Source: Tubulanus polymorphus
Taxonomy: Eukaryota > Animalia > Nemertea
Direction of reading: 5' to 3'
Assembly (NCBI RefSeq): GCF_964204645.1
Contig: NC_134027.1
Span: 4,186,485-4,250,484 of the forward strand
DNA: 64,000 nt
Position 1 is the stretch's first letter; each line of letters opens with the position of its first letter. The notes under the pieces were generated by a model. The model was not told the origin of the DNA. It saw only the letters and a program-made list of their open reading frames with translations, and made no database searches. Of the stretch, positions 1-14,153 are shown one piece after another. The translations under genes were made by a program, and so were the position numbers.

Positions 1-2719
1 CCCTCATCAGTTCCATATAGATGTAGTTCCAATGAAATGATAATAACACAAGGCCGTGGTTTAGACTTTCTTGGAAATGTATATAAATTATATTTTATTT
101 ATTTACAGTTGACTTTCTTACAAAAAGGGGAAGTAATGTTACGTTATGTTGTGTCTGACTATTTTGATAAAGACAGACTGACTATTCTCATTTATTCACA
201 AACATCATTCAAACTCTTACATTATATTTACATTTTGCCCTAGTTTTGGAAGAACGTCATTCCAAATCATTCTTTCTCATTTTTACTCCTGTGACAAAGT
301 TCTTATGCACAATCAATCCTCATCCAAAAGCAGATCTATTAAAAATAAGTTAGTGTTATCTCTTCTTTCAATGAATCCTTCATGTACTCAAAAAAGATAA
401 TTGTGAGTGATGGACTCAGGAACCAGTAAATCATATTCTAGTTATTGCATTTTACAAAGGTACAGACAAAAATTCATTACATGGAAATTTCACCAAGCAG
501 CACAATATACAAATTCAGCACAGACCATACATACAGTTTATATACGATTTTCAAATTGTCTTAACTGCCTCCATGAAATTTGAAGAATTTTTATTTCAGA
601 CAAGTTATGAGGTAGATATAAACATTCCCACCACACATAATTGTACGAAATCTATCGGTTAACCAATAGAAAGTCTCTTTCCTCGAAAATAGTTTAAGAA
701 TAATTTCCACAAGTAACCGATAACACCACTGCCTTAAGAGAATTTACTCGACGATTTAAGCGACGATCAGTCATTTTGACAAAGCACTAAATTCACAATG
801 AGAACAATGAACAAATTAGGACAGATCCGTGCATAACGATCAAATTTGGATGAACACGCAACAAAACAAAATTGGAAAAAAGTTGCATCTCCGTGGTTAT
901 TGGTTAGGGTCAAAATCAATTTCAAGTCAAACTTAAATGACAGCTATGGAACCAGAGTAATTGAACTCCAACGACCAACAAATTAAAAATACCAAGGACA
1001 ACAAAACAGATGCATTTCAAACAAATTATCAGTAATCTAACAAAATCAGTTCATCAATTATCAATACATAACAAATACTACTCACACAATTCATACATTT
1101 CACAAACTTTAACATGATTCACACGCAATTAAATACACTTCAAATAATGCTGAAACAATACATATATAAATATATATATATATTAGTAGCATGATGAAAA
1201 TTATAGGCAGTTTGTTAATAAATACCTAACGCTGGTTTTTTTTAAATATTGTTCTATTATTATTGAATAAACACCCCTTCATATCATATATACACCGTAA
1301 TATACAACATTGTACTTTCATTCTGTGAATTGAAGCATTTTCAGTCTTCAGATTTGAGGAATTTCATGTTTTTCTTCCTCACTTGGCTAGGTATAAGTGA
1401 AATGGTGTCGAGTAGCACATGGTTAACAGTCTAATGAAGAATGCATACACTAGTGGTAATCATACTCAGATGATTAGATGATCAATGTCCGAATCACTTT
1501 CTATTCGTAAAAAACATATCCAATTCTATCTATAATACCGGTTAGCAGTTGTCAGTTTGAATTATCAAAAGTAGTTTTTTTTTCAGAAAGTCTCATTTAG
1601 GACATCTTTTTTTTCAGAGAATCGCATGGCACTAATCATAAGAATTGGTTAAATTTGATATTTTGAAAAAATCCAGCCCATCTTATTACATGAATAAATC
1701 TTCTTTTTAGACACAAAAATAGGTTACACCAGCAGATGGTATATGATTCCATAATTCGTCATGATAATAATAATTTTTCCTTCAAATTAACCTATCAACT
1801 CTAGATTCAGTGTTCAAGATGCAATGACTTCAACCATCAATTAAGAGATCAAAAACACATTGAATTGAAAATTGCTATAATTCATACCGTAATCAAGAAA
1901 AATATCCAGGGAGCTGGAAGCTGAATATACAAAATATGCCTAGATGTCATAAATCTGAAACAATGTTTTATATTCCATTTCCATAGATGCGTATTATAAT
2001 GTATTCACCACAACACAAGGTTCATCATAGTCCGTCCAGCTGGAAGACCTGATACAGGTCACACACTAAATATGAGCAACAGCAACTCATAACAGCAAGC
2101 AGATTATAAACAAATATTCTCTAGTATTTCAAACCCTAGTAGAAAATGCAATCGCTAGAAGGTTCTTACCAAGCGGTGTAGTTCACTGATTGAACCGTAA
2201 TGATCAATTGTCTCGAACAGACCCCAAAATAAACAGATACGATAGGTTCAGAATGAATGATCAAATAATTATGAAACCTATAGCGAAGAATCTTTGTCAG
2301 ATTACAGATGTGAGATTGATTATCAGAGGCAGATAAGTACAATGAGTGAGGAGAAATATTAAGGGTGGATTTTAATCGTGAGCAATTATATTCTGGGGTC
2401 TCTACAGGCTAATCAGATGTCAACTGAAATTTGTTCTAAGAAATGCACATCCGACTGTTCTGACAATTACACATACAGTTCTGACTAATTGAAAATGCTT
2501 TACTAACTCTAAGTGAAATGCCAGAATAAGTTACCACATCCATTTCTAACATCATCATCATTATATATTATAAAGGACCTGATTAATTCTATGTCAACAG
2601 CAGTTGAGAAAGACATAAATGGAAACCGTGGCCGTTTTATATCACAACGCACTTATAACTATGCTATCACATATTTGCTTGCATATTCCTATACATATAA
2701 TATTTATTATCAACAACTA

Positions 2720-5700
2720 CTAGGAGATCACATTAGATTGTGCTGCCATCTGTTCATCTGCTTGCAGTAAAAGTTGCTGTTGCTGCGGTGAAACGAGTAA
2801 ATTTGACTGCGCAACAATCGGTAGTGTCATCTGCATTGTTTGTTGTTTAGAGGCGCGGTTGATTTTTGGTTGGATGTACGCGTTCGAGCCGATACTGGCG
2901 GCAAATACTTGCTGAAAACCCGACGTTCTCTGATGGCGATTAGAGGCACTTTTATCTAAAACAAATCGATCATTTCATTAATCTAATCCAACCGAAACTG
3001 CCAAGTTTGACTTTGTAGTGTACAATATCAGCACTAGATTTCTTCTTTCACTCAATTTAAATCCGACAGAAATTCCTCTTGAAATCTGACAGAAAATTCT
3101 ACGTATGAACTCTAAATGTCCTATTTTGCCTAATTGTTGGATTGGAACAATAAAAATTGACGTCAAAGTGGCACCGCTACTGTGGCAAGCAAGGATTCTG
3201 CGTGGATCCGCCAGGTTTGCTAGCGGATACTCATTACCACGCTTCAATTTCTTCTACATTTCAATTGAATTATTCAACTTTTTTCATTAGCAAATCAATT
3301 TCCAGTAAATCTATACTCAATGGGTCCATATTATCAGCCGATCTATCTAAAAACTGGTACTTACTTGATAATTTTTGAGAAGGTAAAATATCAGCTGGTT
3401 TACTCGGACTTGGTGAACTATTACGACTGGTTGGACATAAAATACCATTGGCTGCGATACTTGAGCTCTACATAAAAATATCAAAAAAGATTTTACATAA
3501 AAAGTGAAAAAGTTCCCCCACTTACAAAACATTAAAAAAATGCGTATCCGAATTCATTAAATTTTCCAGGTCTTCCCCAAAATTTGTCAATGATTCCCTG
3601 AGTTTTCCAGGTCAGTTGCTGTTCGTTATGTCAAGGTATGATTATTGTAGACTTACTCTGAATGGACTAGGTGTAGTGGACGTTACATGGTTACCAGCTA
3701 GTGTTCCTAAAGCGGATGACGCGGCTATTAGCGTTCCCGGTTGTGTCGTGCTTTCCATTAATAACGTTCCCGCTGGAATCGTCGCGAAGAAATTATTAGC
3801 GCGAATATCCTGAATTTGTGGTTTCGCTTTCAGCGTAGTTTTGATTTTAGGGTTCGTACCGGCGGCCACAGCAGCGCTTGATTTCAATGTATTACTGTTC
3901 AGCGAATGAGTTGAATCAGCTACGTTCGCGCTGGTGATATTAATAAGCTGCCCGTTCGCGAGCCCTCCTTCGTTCATACTCGTCACGACTAAACTGATAT
4001 CCTTAATGAAATTGTTCGAATTCGATTTCTCCAACGTATTCATACTGCCGACGGAGCCGAGACTAACGTTAACTCCGCTTGGAATAGATATCGATATCGG
4101 ATTAGAAATGAGTGGAGTGTTAGTATTATTGACGGTGACACTAGGAGACGAACCGCTGCGATGTCGTTTAGCGGGTTGCGACTGTTTACCGGGCTGCAAA
4201 CCTGAAGTCGATTCGCGCTTCACGGCTTTCGTGATAGTTTTAGGTTTTGGAACACGATTAACATTTTTAGTGGCGTTGAGTTGTGCTAGATTCGCTGCTA
4301 TTTGACTGGCAGGATCCGCATAATTGAAGTCATACGGGTCTTTCGAGTCGGATGATAGTTCTTGGGGCAGTTTTGATTCAAGACACAATTTCCTATACAA
4401 TGAAATAAACTTAGTCAACAGATAGACATCATAAAAATAATGGCATTGACTGTGTTCTCGTAATAGTGCGACGATATCTCGACTTACGTATATGGTGGTG
4501 GATGTAAATGCTTTTCAACAGCTTGAGAAAACGCTGCTTTCAATAAATCTTGTTTTCGATTGAACACGAAGTGTCCATTCCATCTGGCACCGAATGTACA
4601 AGTCTAAAAAATCAAAACAGTACGATATAAATATACCGGTATCCCAAATCACCATCCTGCATTCTTCGTAGAAATGTGGATTGTAATGAAAATAAATCAT
4701 TCATTCATTATTTAACCTCTTAAAAGAAGTTAAAAGAGTTATCTCATCCAAGCCAACTTTTCCATTTCTGTTTTAGGATAGGTAAATTCGTTCGAGCACC
4801 TAGACCCGTTCCCTGAGTATTTTCAACAAATTTATTTGCTTCACTCTCAGCTATTTTAGACACTTATAAGGGCAATACCAGCAATTTCATTCAGGCAACA
4901 TGGCTACAGGAGACAAGCACAAGCTCTTCATTAAACATCATAATAATTTCAAGCAGATAAAACTTTTTTTTAAAGATTTTTTAAGTGCAAAATTCACCAA
5001 ATTAATTGAAATAAATTGAACACAGGGGCAGTCCCTTTGACATTATCTGTTGAATATAGGTTACTGAATGACATATGATTGTTTAATCGGGCTTACCGCT
5101 GCAGGTCGAGGATGATGAGTCACGTAAGAACAGTCCATTTTATCATGATATTCATCGTCTTCACCATCACTCGATAAACGACTAGTAAACTCAGAAGCAG
5201 GCGACGAATCTTGGGGTAAATAAGGCCGGAGTGGCGGACTAAACGCTGGTCTAAAATCACAACAACATTCACACGTATTAATCAACTATCAACACTTATG
5301 AGTAGCGATCGATTAGGACAATCATATAAAATCACACATAAACAATATCATGAGGTATATATACTCTAGCGTATCTGTTCCCATTTTTATATGTATCTGA
5401 TGATTTTCTTTTAATACCAGTATATTAGACTCCTGGGTCCAGTTCCACAGTTGTGAGTTAAGATTTGACTCAGAGTTAACTCATTGAAAATGAACTAACT
5501 TTAACTCAGAGTTAACTCTAACTCACGACTGTGGAACTGGGTCCTGAATATTAGAATAATGTTGTAACCCATATTAAACTGAAGTTCAATTAAACTTTTT
5601 AGACTTTTTTACATTTTAAGTGTGGTATTTTATATCATCGTCATATCGGGACAGAGTGTTTCATCGATGACCATGAATGATTTACCTTTGTACAACAGAA

Positions 5701-8700
5701 TTAATAAGTTTCGGTGTTTTGGCAAGTTTAGTGACAGCAGCTATAGATGATGTACAGGATAATGATGAGGCTAATGTTAATATTGGTTTTGATATGGCAG
5801 TTACTGCATTGACGCCGTTTATTTGACCGGATTTTGCAGATTTTGAGTCAGATTTTCGATTTGCTGGCAGTATTTTAGCACCGGAGCTCGCCGGTGCCGA
5901 TTTATTCGCCGCTGCTGCAGCTGCGGCTTTCGCTTGCGTTAATAATTCCTTAGTCGCGCGATGTTCGTCTAATAACTGGTCAAACGTTTTTCGACGTCCT
6001 TTCACAGCTCTCCTCAATGACAGAGCATGAGTCTGAAAATAGATTTGGAACGAATCTTTTGATAATATTGATGATGATTCATCTTTTCATTTAATGCAAC
6101 ATAACAACGTAATCTTACGCGAAATAAGACTAAGTTTAACCAGAAACGGAATCGTCAGTTTATATATACGTACTTTACATGTAAGGGATCGTGTGCATTG
6201 TTTCGCTATATCAGGAATCCAAACACCGCAATGTTTATTTGGATCGAACTCGCGATCTGAAAAATATTACAACACATTTCAAATAAAATATTCCTTAAAA
6301 AAATTGCTGCAGTGAAAATTACAAAATTTTACCGACCTTTACATGGCAGCAGTTTCTCTTTTTTGAAAAACAGTGGCGCTGGAACGGTTGATTTGTTACT
6401 AGTTTGTACAGAAGTCACGCTGGCAGACGTCATTACGACCGATGTGGCAGACGACGCCGCCGCCACCGTACTTATAGTTCGAGACACAGATGGCGCTGTT
6501 TGTAACGGATGATGAGAAGGCGGAGGGTCTACTCCATGCGTAACGTTACTTACAGGACTCGGCACAGTTTTTCGACTAGTCTCCGGAGGAGGACCTTTCT
6601 CCGGGTGCAATGTTACTGATTTTTTCATCGCCAGCGGAGACGGCATACGTTCGACTTTAACAACAGGCATCGAATGATTTCTTTTAATTCGAGCCTCCTG
6701 CACGCCTTCTCTATTCGACTGCTTCGTGTCGATTACGTCTTTCGTCGTATTTTTACACGATTTTTCCAAAGGTTCTTTTAAACGTTCTTTACCGCGTAGC
6801 TCTTGTTCCTTATTCGCGATAAGGTCGTCATCGGATTCATTGTCTACCGATGTTTTAGTCGTTACCAGCGGAGGTGTTAAAGGTCGTTTAATACTCGGCG
6901 ACGGAGTGTGCGTCGAACGCGACGATGACGACTTCGATGGAGTTTTATTCGGCGTGACTGGAAGAGATTTCACGGAGACAGGCGAACTTGAGACTGATGA
7001 CTGTTTTTTACGGTTACCATGACTTTGATCTGTGATATAAAGAGAACGACTGTATTCACTGTCCTGCCATTATCAAAAATCAGCTGGGAGGATAAATACT
7101 TGATAACGTATTGACTATTCCCGGTAGTACATTCCATTGAAAAATCGACATACATATATTTAATCTCACTTTCATTATCTATTAAGGCAATATTCCTTGA
7201 GCTACAATGGCATTGAGATATAACGTATGCATTTAACGTAAACACTTATACGTTTCGCATCATAATAACACATACGTATGAACCCGATGATTATTTTTTT
7301 TCAATCCAAAATCACAGACAAAGAACATCCATAAATGAAACCTTAATTGAGTATTACGTATATTGCCTTCCATTAAACCCGACCGACCGGAGTGCCATTT
7401 TATCTTTTTGGATAAATGCCAATGCAAACCGTCGTCTCACTTTTAAATAGTCGTTCGTGTACTACATTCATACAGAAATTATCCTCCTCTTAAAACATCT
7501 CGTTTGACAATAAAAAGGTAGCTGCTCTTTTTCAGACAGTATTCACAATGAAATAACATTAATTCAAACTGTAAAATTCCCAATAACGTAATTAAATCAA
7601 TTCACATATATACGTGCGTGGTACCATCTGACTAAATGACAACGCTGTCTATAGCAACTCTATGCAGGATCCTAGTGTTTCCTATCAAACTTCTAGCACT
7701 AATCGACAATTGCCGACAAAATGGTCGACATTTGATTGCGAGGAGAAACTCACGATTTCACATAATCGTTGTCACTGCGACCACTCACTCGATGGCATTC
7801 CAGGACTATAATTTTAATGATGTTACAATACACGACTGTTATGTGTTTATACGCGCGTGGATAGAGAGAGAGATCAATAGTAATATACTAACAAACGTGT
7901 GCGCCGTGCATCGATGACGACCTCGCTCTGCATCTAACGCATTCACGACATTAATCTCTTGTTTTTCAGCGACTAAATGACGAACAACCGTTATCAATCT
8001 TTCATCCATTCTCCGCGACGATCGAATAATCATTCACAATAACTACGCGTAGCTAACGTACGTACTCATCGTTTAAAACCGACAACACGACGCCCCCCCA
8101 AATATAGTCATTCCCCGTTCATATCGATATATATTCAGTGATTATACCCTAGAGTAATAAGTGTACCTCAAACACTAGACTATATTACATATCCGTATTC
8201 TATATTTTGATTCAAATGTTTTATATATACTTCCTATTACCTGCGTTATCGATATAAGGATGTTTGAAAATAATGACTGTATAAGTGCTCGAGATATTTT
8301 GTGATTACTGAATTGCGTCATCGTCGATAGATAAAGTCCCATCAGTCGCATTCATGTTCGTACATCCCTTTAACACTGCGCGTACAATACAACCGGTGTT
8401 ATCAAGCGAAAGTCATTTATCGATTCCTATCATAATATTACAGTTGAGAGCAATGTAGAATATTGTGTTTTTGCTCGCTCTCTCTCTCAGTAAACCAGGT
8501 CAAAACCGTTTTTCGCTTACTACATTATAATCTACAGTCTGTTAATAAATAAATATCGCGCAGCGCCCGATGTGAACTACTTCTGTTACGCGTTCTGAAT
8601 AGAAAATACATGATACCTCGCTCGCGCGGCGGCAGAGTTCAATCCATTCCTAAATTATTAAATACCTCGCTATTTTCATCCTTTTTAATTATGAAATATT

Positions 8701-11700
8701 TGTAAAGCAAAGTTTCGTGGAATACGTGGATTTTTATGAATAATATCTTTACTTCCTGATAGAATAAGCCAATGAAATGAAACGAAAAAATATTCTATAG
8801 ACAAACTTATATCATAATTGACTGAAACAAACTAATAAATATCTCAACACCATTTCCAAGATGAGACTAAAATTCTCTCCTTTTTTTTATAGATGTACCT
8901 TCATGTAGCAATCAATCATAATAATACAGGTTAACCAATTTGCAAAACGAATCAAAATTGAATTTGTTTCGATACACATTCAGAAATACCTTGTATTGAC
9001 CGCAAGAAACAAAATGATTTGCTTTACGTCTGCCATCATTAAAACCGTCTTCGTTTTAGCCGAGGGCAACAAGAAACGAAGCAACATCAAAGAATAGAAA
9101 TGAAGGACTACACGAAGTTTACCACTGATTAAATGACTTCCTTTGGAGAAATTTTTTGTTATTATCATATATAAATCCCTGAAGTCATAGAAAGATGTCA
9201 TCCACAAAACCTACAAATTGTCTCTACTGGTAGTGTTAGGAAATGTTCAGGACGTTTTGATAGCTTTGGCACGCTCCTAGGTCTGTTCGTTTCTGGACAA
9301 AGTCAATGGGGTATTTTAGGCAAACCAAGATCGTAGTGAAGTCCACACTGACACTGCTTTGAATCTGGTAAGTAACAAGACTCATGGAATCAGTAGGTTG
9401 GGCTCAGTCATACCAGCTGATACCAGTATATTATACTTTCAGCAGTAAATATATGACCCTAATGAGGCACACTTGGTCTTTCACCTATAAAAGTTGCCCA
9501 AGCAACAAAATGGATTAATGAATGTCTTCCTTAAAAACTAGTTTCAAGTTGGTCACAAGGAGGAAAACTTGTTGCATTTCGGTATAAAAGAGAGCAATGA
9601 ATTTCAAAGCTACCGGTCTAGGGATTTCAATTGGAAAAGTTAGGTTACAATTTTTTGGTTAATCATATGCTCTCGGATTATCAGAGCAATGAGGAGTTTT
9701 TTCAAATCGTAATCATACCTATATGATGCTGCAATGCCTGAGGTTTAACCACATGACCACATTTGTCACACATGACTAAGTAGAATTCATCTTGTGATGG
9801 ACATAAACCATAAAGACCCATATCTGCAATAAAAATCATTACTTTGTAAATCTAATTTGATATATTCAAATGCATATTATCGCAGTTAATCAGGGTTTAA
9901 TTTCCAGTTGAGTTTTATGAAAAAGTTGTAAGTATGAAACCAGGCACGGATCTAGGGAGTCACGAAAGAGGCCGAACGATCGAAATGAAACGCCCTAGAG
10001 AATTTCTCTGCGGAGGAAACTTGTCTATATAGGATTCATTCTTCAGTGCCCCGGGATCCGATACCGATAAGTTTCAATCATTGTATTTACTGAAAGTAAC
10101 ATTAATCAAGTAACCATTAGCAATAAACCAAAATTTGAGTTGGAATTTTACTGGACAGTTTTGCAATAATGAAATCGAAGAAATTAAATCGATTGAAAAG
10201 CCCTAAAATATTTGATGCTTGACCATGTTAAATACCGGTAGCAGTCATCAATCAGGGTGAGCTATTTCCTGGAATTTTGACAGTATCCCGGTATTTCGAG
10301 GGTACTAAAACTTGAAATAAAACTATCCTGACAAGATTTAGGAAATATCTGATTTCTTCAGAAGATGTTTATTTCAATTCTTCGCTTTGTTTTCTTGATT
10401 AGAAACTTAAATCAAAGACAAACTAGGAAACCAAACTTCGACGCAGGATACTAACACAACAGATAATCCACTATCTAGAGAAGATACCCTTTAGAATGGG
10501 GATACCAACTGCGGCAACCGAGGATTCAGTGACAATCCTCCAGGTTCGCTAGTAGTTACTGGGTTACCTGTGCTTCAATTTCCTCATTCCACTTAAATTT
10601 CAATCAACTTTTCTCTTTTATAGTGAAAGTGAATCTTATATCTATTTGAGACTTGTTTAATAATATCAATTTTGTAAGGCTAAAAATCCAGTTCCATACG
10701 AGCCAAATTTTCATCACAAATAACTCAGTGTATTGTTGTGCCATCTGGTGAGAACCGGTATCCCATTGCTTAAACCAAGCCTCGATGGGAGTTTATAAGA
10801 ATAACGCCTGATTGGCAAAATATCCACTTCTCACTAGAAAATACCATGCTCATGAATCAATGGTTTGAGTTTCTTGACGAGAGTGATAAATATCTGAAAA
10901 CAAATCTTGAGTAGCAATGTAAGGTTCAGTCGGGCGGCATCTGTCGGTTTAGAAGTTCGAACTGAGTTAGCTGACGCGGATATTGGTCAGCTCTACGTAC
11001 CAGCTTTTCTGAGTTTCATGCTGTCACTTCGAGACCCTCTTTTCACAGTTGAACCTTTGTCTTCGTTGTTGTCTTCTGAAATATATGCAGAGTTAATGTT
11101 CAAGATTAAAAGGTATAATTTAAGTCAAAGAACTCAGTTTCAGGGCGAAAAAGTGAATCTAAAATTTTTGTTATTTCATTGGTTACTTCATGTTTACAAC
11201 GAGGACAGCAACCAAAACTCCCAATTAAAAATGTGAAATAAACATTGAAGGATACCCTTTGTGGGTTTCAACTTCATCATTTAACACTGGAGGTGACTCA
11301 GACTGGGTCCGAGGAGGCCGACTTCTCTAATCTATTACTAACAACAAAAGCAACAAACAAAATCAAGATATAAGATGCTTCTATTCAATAGACAATCTAT
11401 TCTCATTCTTATCAATTTCAACAATTACAGGTTAGCTTCAGAAATCGGACCGCGAGATTTCAAGATTTGTTTCTTAGCAAAATAAAGGAGAACGAATGAA
11501 TCAAATTTTATTGAGTGAATGTTTGAAAACACGTCGCACTTTAAGTAAAGTTTTTGGAAGTATCGGGATGCTTTGGTCAGGATATTGGGCACTGTAAGAT
11601 TCAGGGAAACTCGCATCTATAAAACTATACCATTTTTATTGTCAACAGTGGCCGCTGAGGCCCACACGGTCCACGCTTGACCAGCGAAAAGCGACGGACT

Positions 11701-11718
11701 GTCATCTTCTGTCGCCAT
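2720..11718 (-). CDS. ATXN7: Ataxin-7-like SAGA deubiquitinase-module subunit (spliced). Approximate exons: 11631-11718, 11001-11075, 9719-9823, 6335-7029, 6173-6257, 5686-6032, 5097-5250, 4489-4603, ~3655-4394, 3365-3467, 2720-2955
   Basis: Spliced translation gives MATEDDSPSLFAGQAWTVW, the N-terminal zinc finger MGLYGLCPSQDEFYLVMCDKCGHVVKPQALQHH, the SCA7 domain REFDPNKHCGVWIPDIAKQCTRSLTCK|THALSLRRAVKGRRKTFDQLL, and the conserved HPRPAA|TCTFGAR..FVFNRK..VEKHL block. Introns are GT-AG. Confidence 0.92.
5436..5543. mobile_element. MITE, PIF/Harbinger-like, in an ATXN7 intron
   Basis: About 25-bp imperfect TIRs (GGTCCAGTTCCACAGTTGTGAGTTA / TAACTCACGACTGTGGAACTGGGTC) flanked by a CTG 3-bp direct repeat. 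Confidence 0.7.
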
Positions 11719-11962
11719 TTTGCATCTTCTTGTTGCTTTTGACGGAAAATGCCGAAGTCGCTGTATCACGATCGGCAAAATCCGTGATGAAGTTCGCTTA
11801 CACCATTCAGATGATTTTTTTTCGGAAATGACAACGGAACCACTTCAACTATTTATTTTACTCTCTGATTTTAAATACATATCTATTAGCTATCAAATTT
11901 AGAAAAAAATAATTTCTGCTTACTTACGATTTTTTAAATTTTTACGACATATAAGCGACAAA
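11719..11962. promoter_or_regulatory. Bidirectional promoter region shared by ATXN7 and THOC7
   Basis: Divergent start codons at 11718 (-) and 11963 (+) are about 245 bp apart. Confidence 0.7.
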
Positions 11963-12631
11963 ATGGGGACTGTCGGCGATGGTAAGGAAGTCAACAATTT
12001 TATCTGTTTTTTGGTTACTACTACCTCGGATAATTTAGTTGAATAAAATTTGACCTTACTAGACTTTATTCTGACCCGATTTCTATCCATTCATGATCTT
12101 AAACTGATTAAATAGTCGAAAATATTCGAGAAATTACGAGTATTATAATTAACATTCTTCTGTTTCGATTACTTCCGGGTTCCATCAAGTTGAAGTTAGC
12201 GTTGTTGTTAATGTTGTTGGCTAATTATATTGTCAAGGATTGTGTTTTTCGTTTCAGATGAGATCATTCGAAGGCGTTTACTGATTGAAGGTGATGGTGG
12301 AGGGGATGATAGACGAATAACTACACTTCTTAAATCATTCATCAAATGGAGCACAGTTAAAGATTCGGAGGAAGATAGGTACACGATTTGTCTGATGTTA
12401 GGATGCTGTTTATTGTTCATTTCGTCTGATTTAGCAATCATAGTAATGTAATGTAATGTAATTTATTTCATCATCAATTATAATTACAAATAAAATGTAT
12501 AACAAATAATTAGATTGATGACGAGGGACCTGAACAGAGCCTTAAAGGCTGTACAATCACTAGGACGTTCAGGCCCCCTAGAGAAAAAAAGAAGATTGAT
12601 GGTAATAATAACAATAGTAATGCTAATAATA

Positions 12632-12663
<32 letters not shown>

Positions 12664-13923
12664 GTGCTAATAATAATAATAATAATGATAATAATAATGA
12701 TAATGATAATAATCATAATGAAAATAATAGTAATTATTATTATTATCATAATAATTACAACCGTAATTATAATTATAATTTACTGTAAAAAAGCCTCTTA
12801 TTGTCATTTGAGTAGATGGAAGATAGATGAATCGAAAAAAAAATTGCTTATGCTGTATTTCGTTATGATCAATATGTACTAGTTGTTATCATCATTTTAT
12901 GTTGTGTACATGTTTTCTATTGATAGTTATGGAACCTACCAGAAAATGATAGCGATGTTGGCGCAATGTGAGTTCGCTATGGATAAAACACATCTTGTAT
13001 ACGATATGAATTTAAAAGAACAGAAAAATTATGAAGAACTCAATCAACAAATAGGTATGATAATCATATTGATATTATAGATAATCATGGTCCGTATTTC
13101 CGTAAATTGTGATGCAGATAAAGATTGATTTTGATACATTGATTCTTTTTGATTTTGATTCAATTAAAGAGACCAATATTAGTGAAGCTGTGAAGAAGAT
13201 CAAAGAATGTAAACTAGAGCTTCAAGAGGCAAAACGAATACGCAAGAATAGGCAAGGTATTTATTGCTTTTCGTATTGAATCGAAACACATGAATCATGA
13301 AACATGTGTCTATTTACAAACGGATGTTTTGTTTTGTTAGAATATGATGCACTGGCAAAAGTGATTCAGCAACATCCTGATAGACAAGAAACATTCAAGT
13401 AAGTATTTAAAAGTGCAGATTTAAATGTTTTATTGCTCATTCCTGTTCTTTATATATGATTACGATTTTTACAGGCAATTGGAGACTTTAGATAAGGAAC
13501 TGGAAACTCTCAAAAAGGAACAACAGGATCTCGATGATAAGGTGCCATTTCCGCTCGATTATTTTTCATTTCTGTTCTATACTCTCTTTTTTTCTGGTCC
13601 AAGTGACCTCAATGTATAGTGTTTTGATGTCAGATTTCAAAGGCTCATAAAACCTTTCTATGCCTAACAGTACATAAGTCAAGTGTTGAATATTGAATAT
13701 TTTTTTGCAGTTGGTTATCAGGAAAAAACAGTTTCATTTACTGATATCAGCCATACATCAATTACAAAGCATATTTGAAGGTATGTTCTGTCAATGCCAC
13801 GGTTAATTCTGACCAAACAAATTCTGGATATAAAAATTCAAATCATATTTGTATATTTCTTGTATAGAGGAAGATAAGAATGAAAATGAAGTGGAAGAAG
13901 AGAAGGAAATGGATATGAGCTGA
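11963..13923 (+). CDS. THOC7: THO complex subunit 7 (spliced). Approximate exons: 11963-11981, 12258-12378, 12927-13054, 13171-13256, 13341-13398, 13475-13541, 13711-13780, 13869-13923
   Basis: MGTVGD|DEIIRRRLLIEGDGGGDDRRITTLLKSFIKW...AKRIRKNRQ|EYDALAKVIQQHPDRQET...RKKQFHLLISAIHQLQ matches THOC7. Acidic tail and TGA at 13921-13923. Confidence 0.95.
12602..12780 (+). repeat. Imperfect (AAT)n microsatellite in THOC7 intron 2
   Basis: Direct tandem AAT/ATT repeats; these explain the spurious poly-Ile ORFs. Confidence 0.95.
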
Positions 13924-14153
13924 TGAAATGATACAATTGTGCGAATAATGGGAATGAACTTCGTGTGAAAATGTCCGCTCTGATTACAGTAGCATTGTCG
14001 ATTGAATTTGTGTTCACGTTCATTGTATTTGTAGAAGCAGCTGTAAATAGATATGAATGAAAAACTTTTATATTGAAGATCAGTGTCTTGAATTTTTTTA
14101 TTTGATTTTCACTGAGAAGCCAATTTGAGCTTGCAATGGAAAAACTGATTTAC

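Noticed and set aside
2720-2800. SCA7-type polyglutamine tract
   Set aside because: Only QQQQ near the C-terminus; there is no N-terminal CAG repeat.
3934-4305. 123-aa + strand ORF (and similar ones at 6312, 6726, 17507, 18905)
   Set aside because: Antisense shadows of real exons, with no independent protein signature.
11250-11335. Exon-like segment in ATXN7 intron 1 ending in a GTATCCTT (U12-like) donor
   Set aside because: Every plausible acceptor gives an in-frame stop, and exon 1 already splices in phase to the exon at 11075. At most it is a poison exon.
12510-12882. Poly-Ile ORFs on both strands
   Set aside because: These are translations of the (AAT)n microsatellite inside a THOC7 intron.
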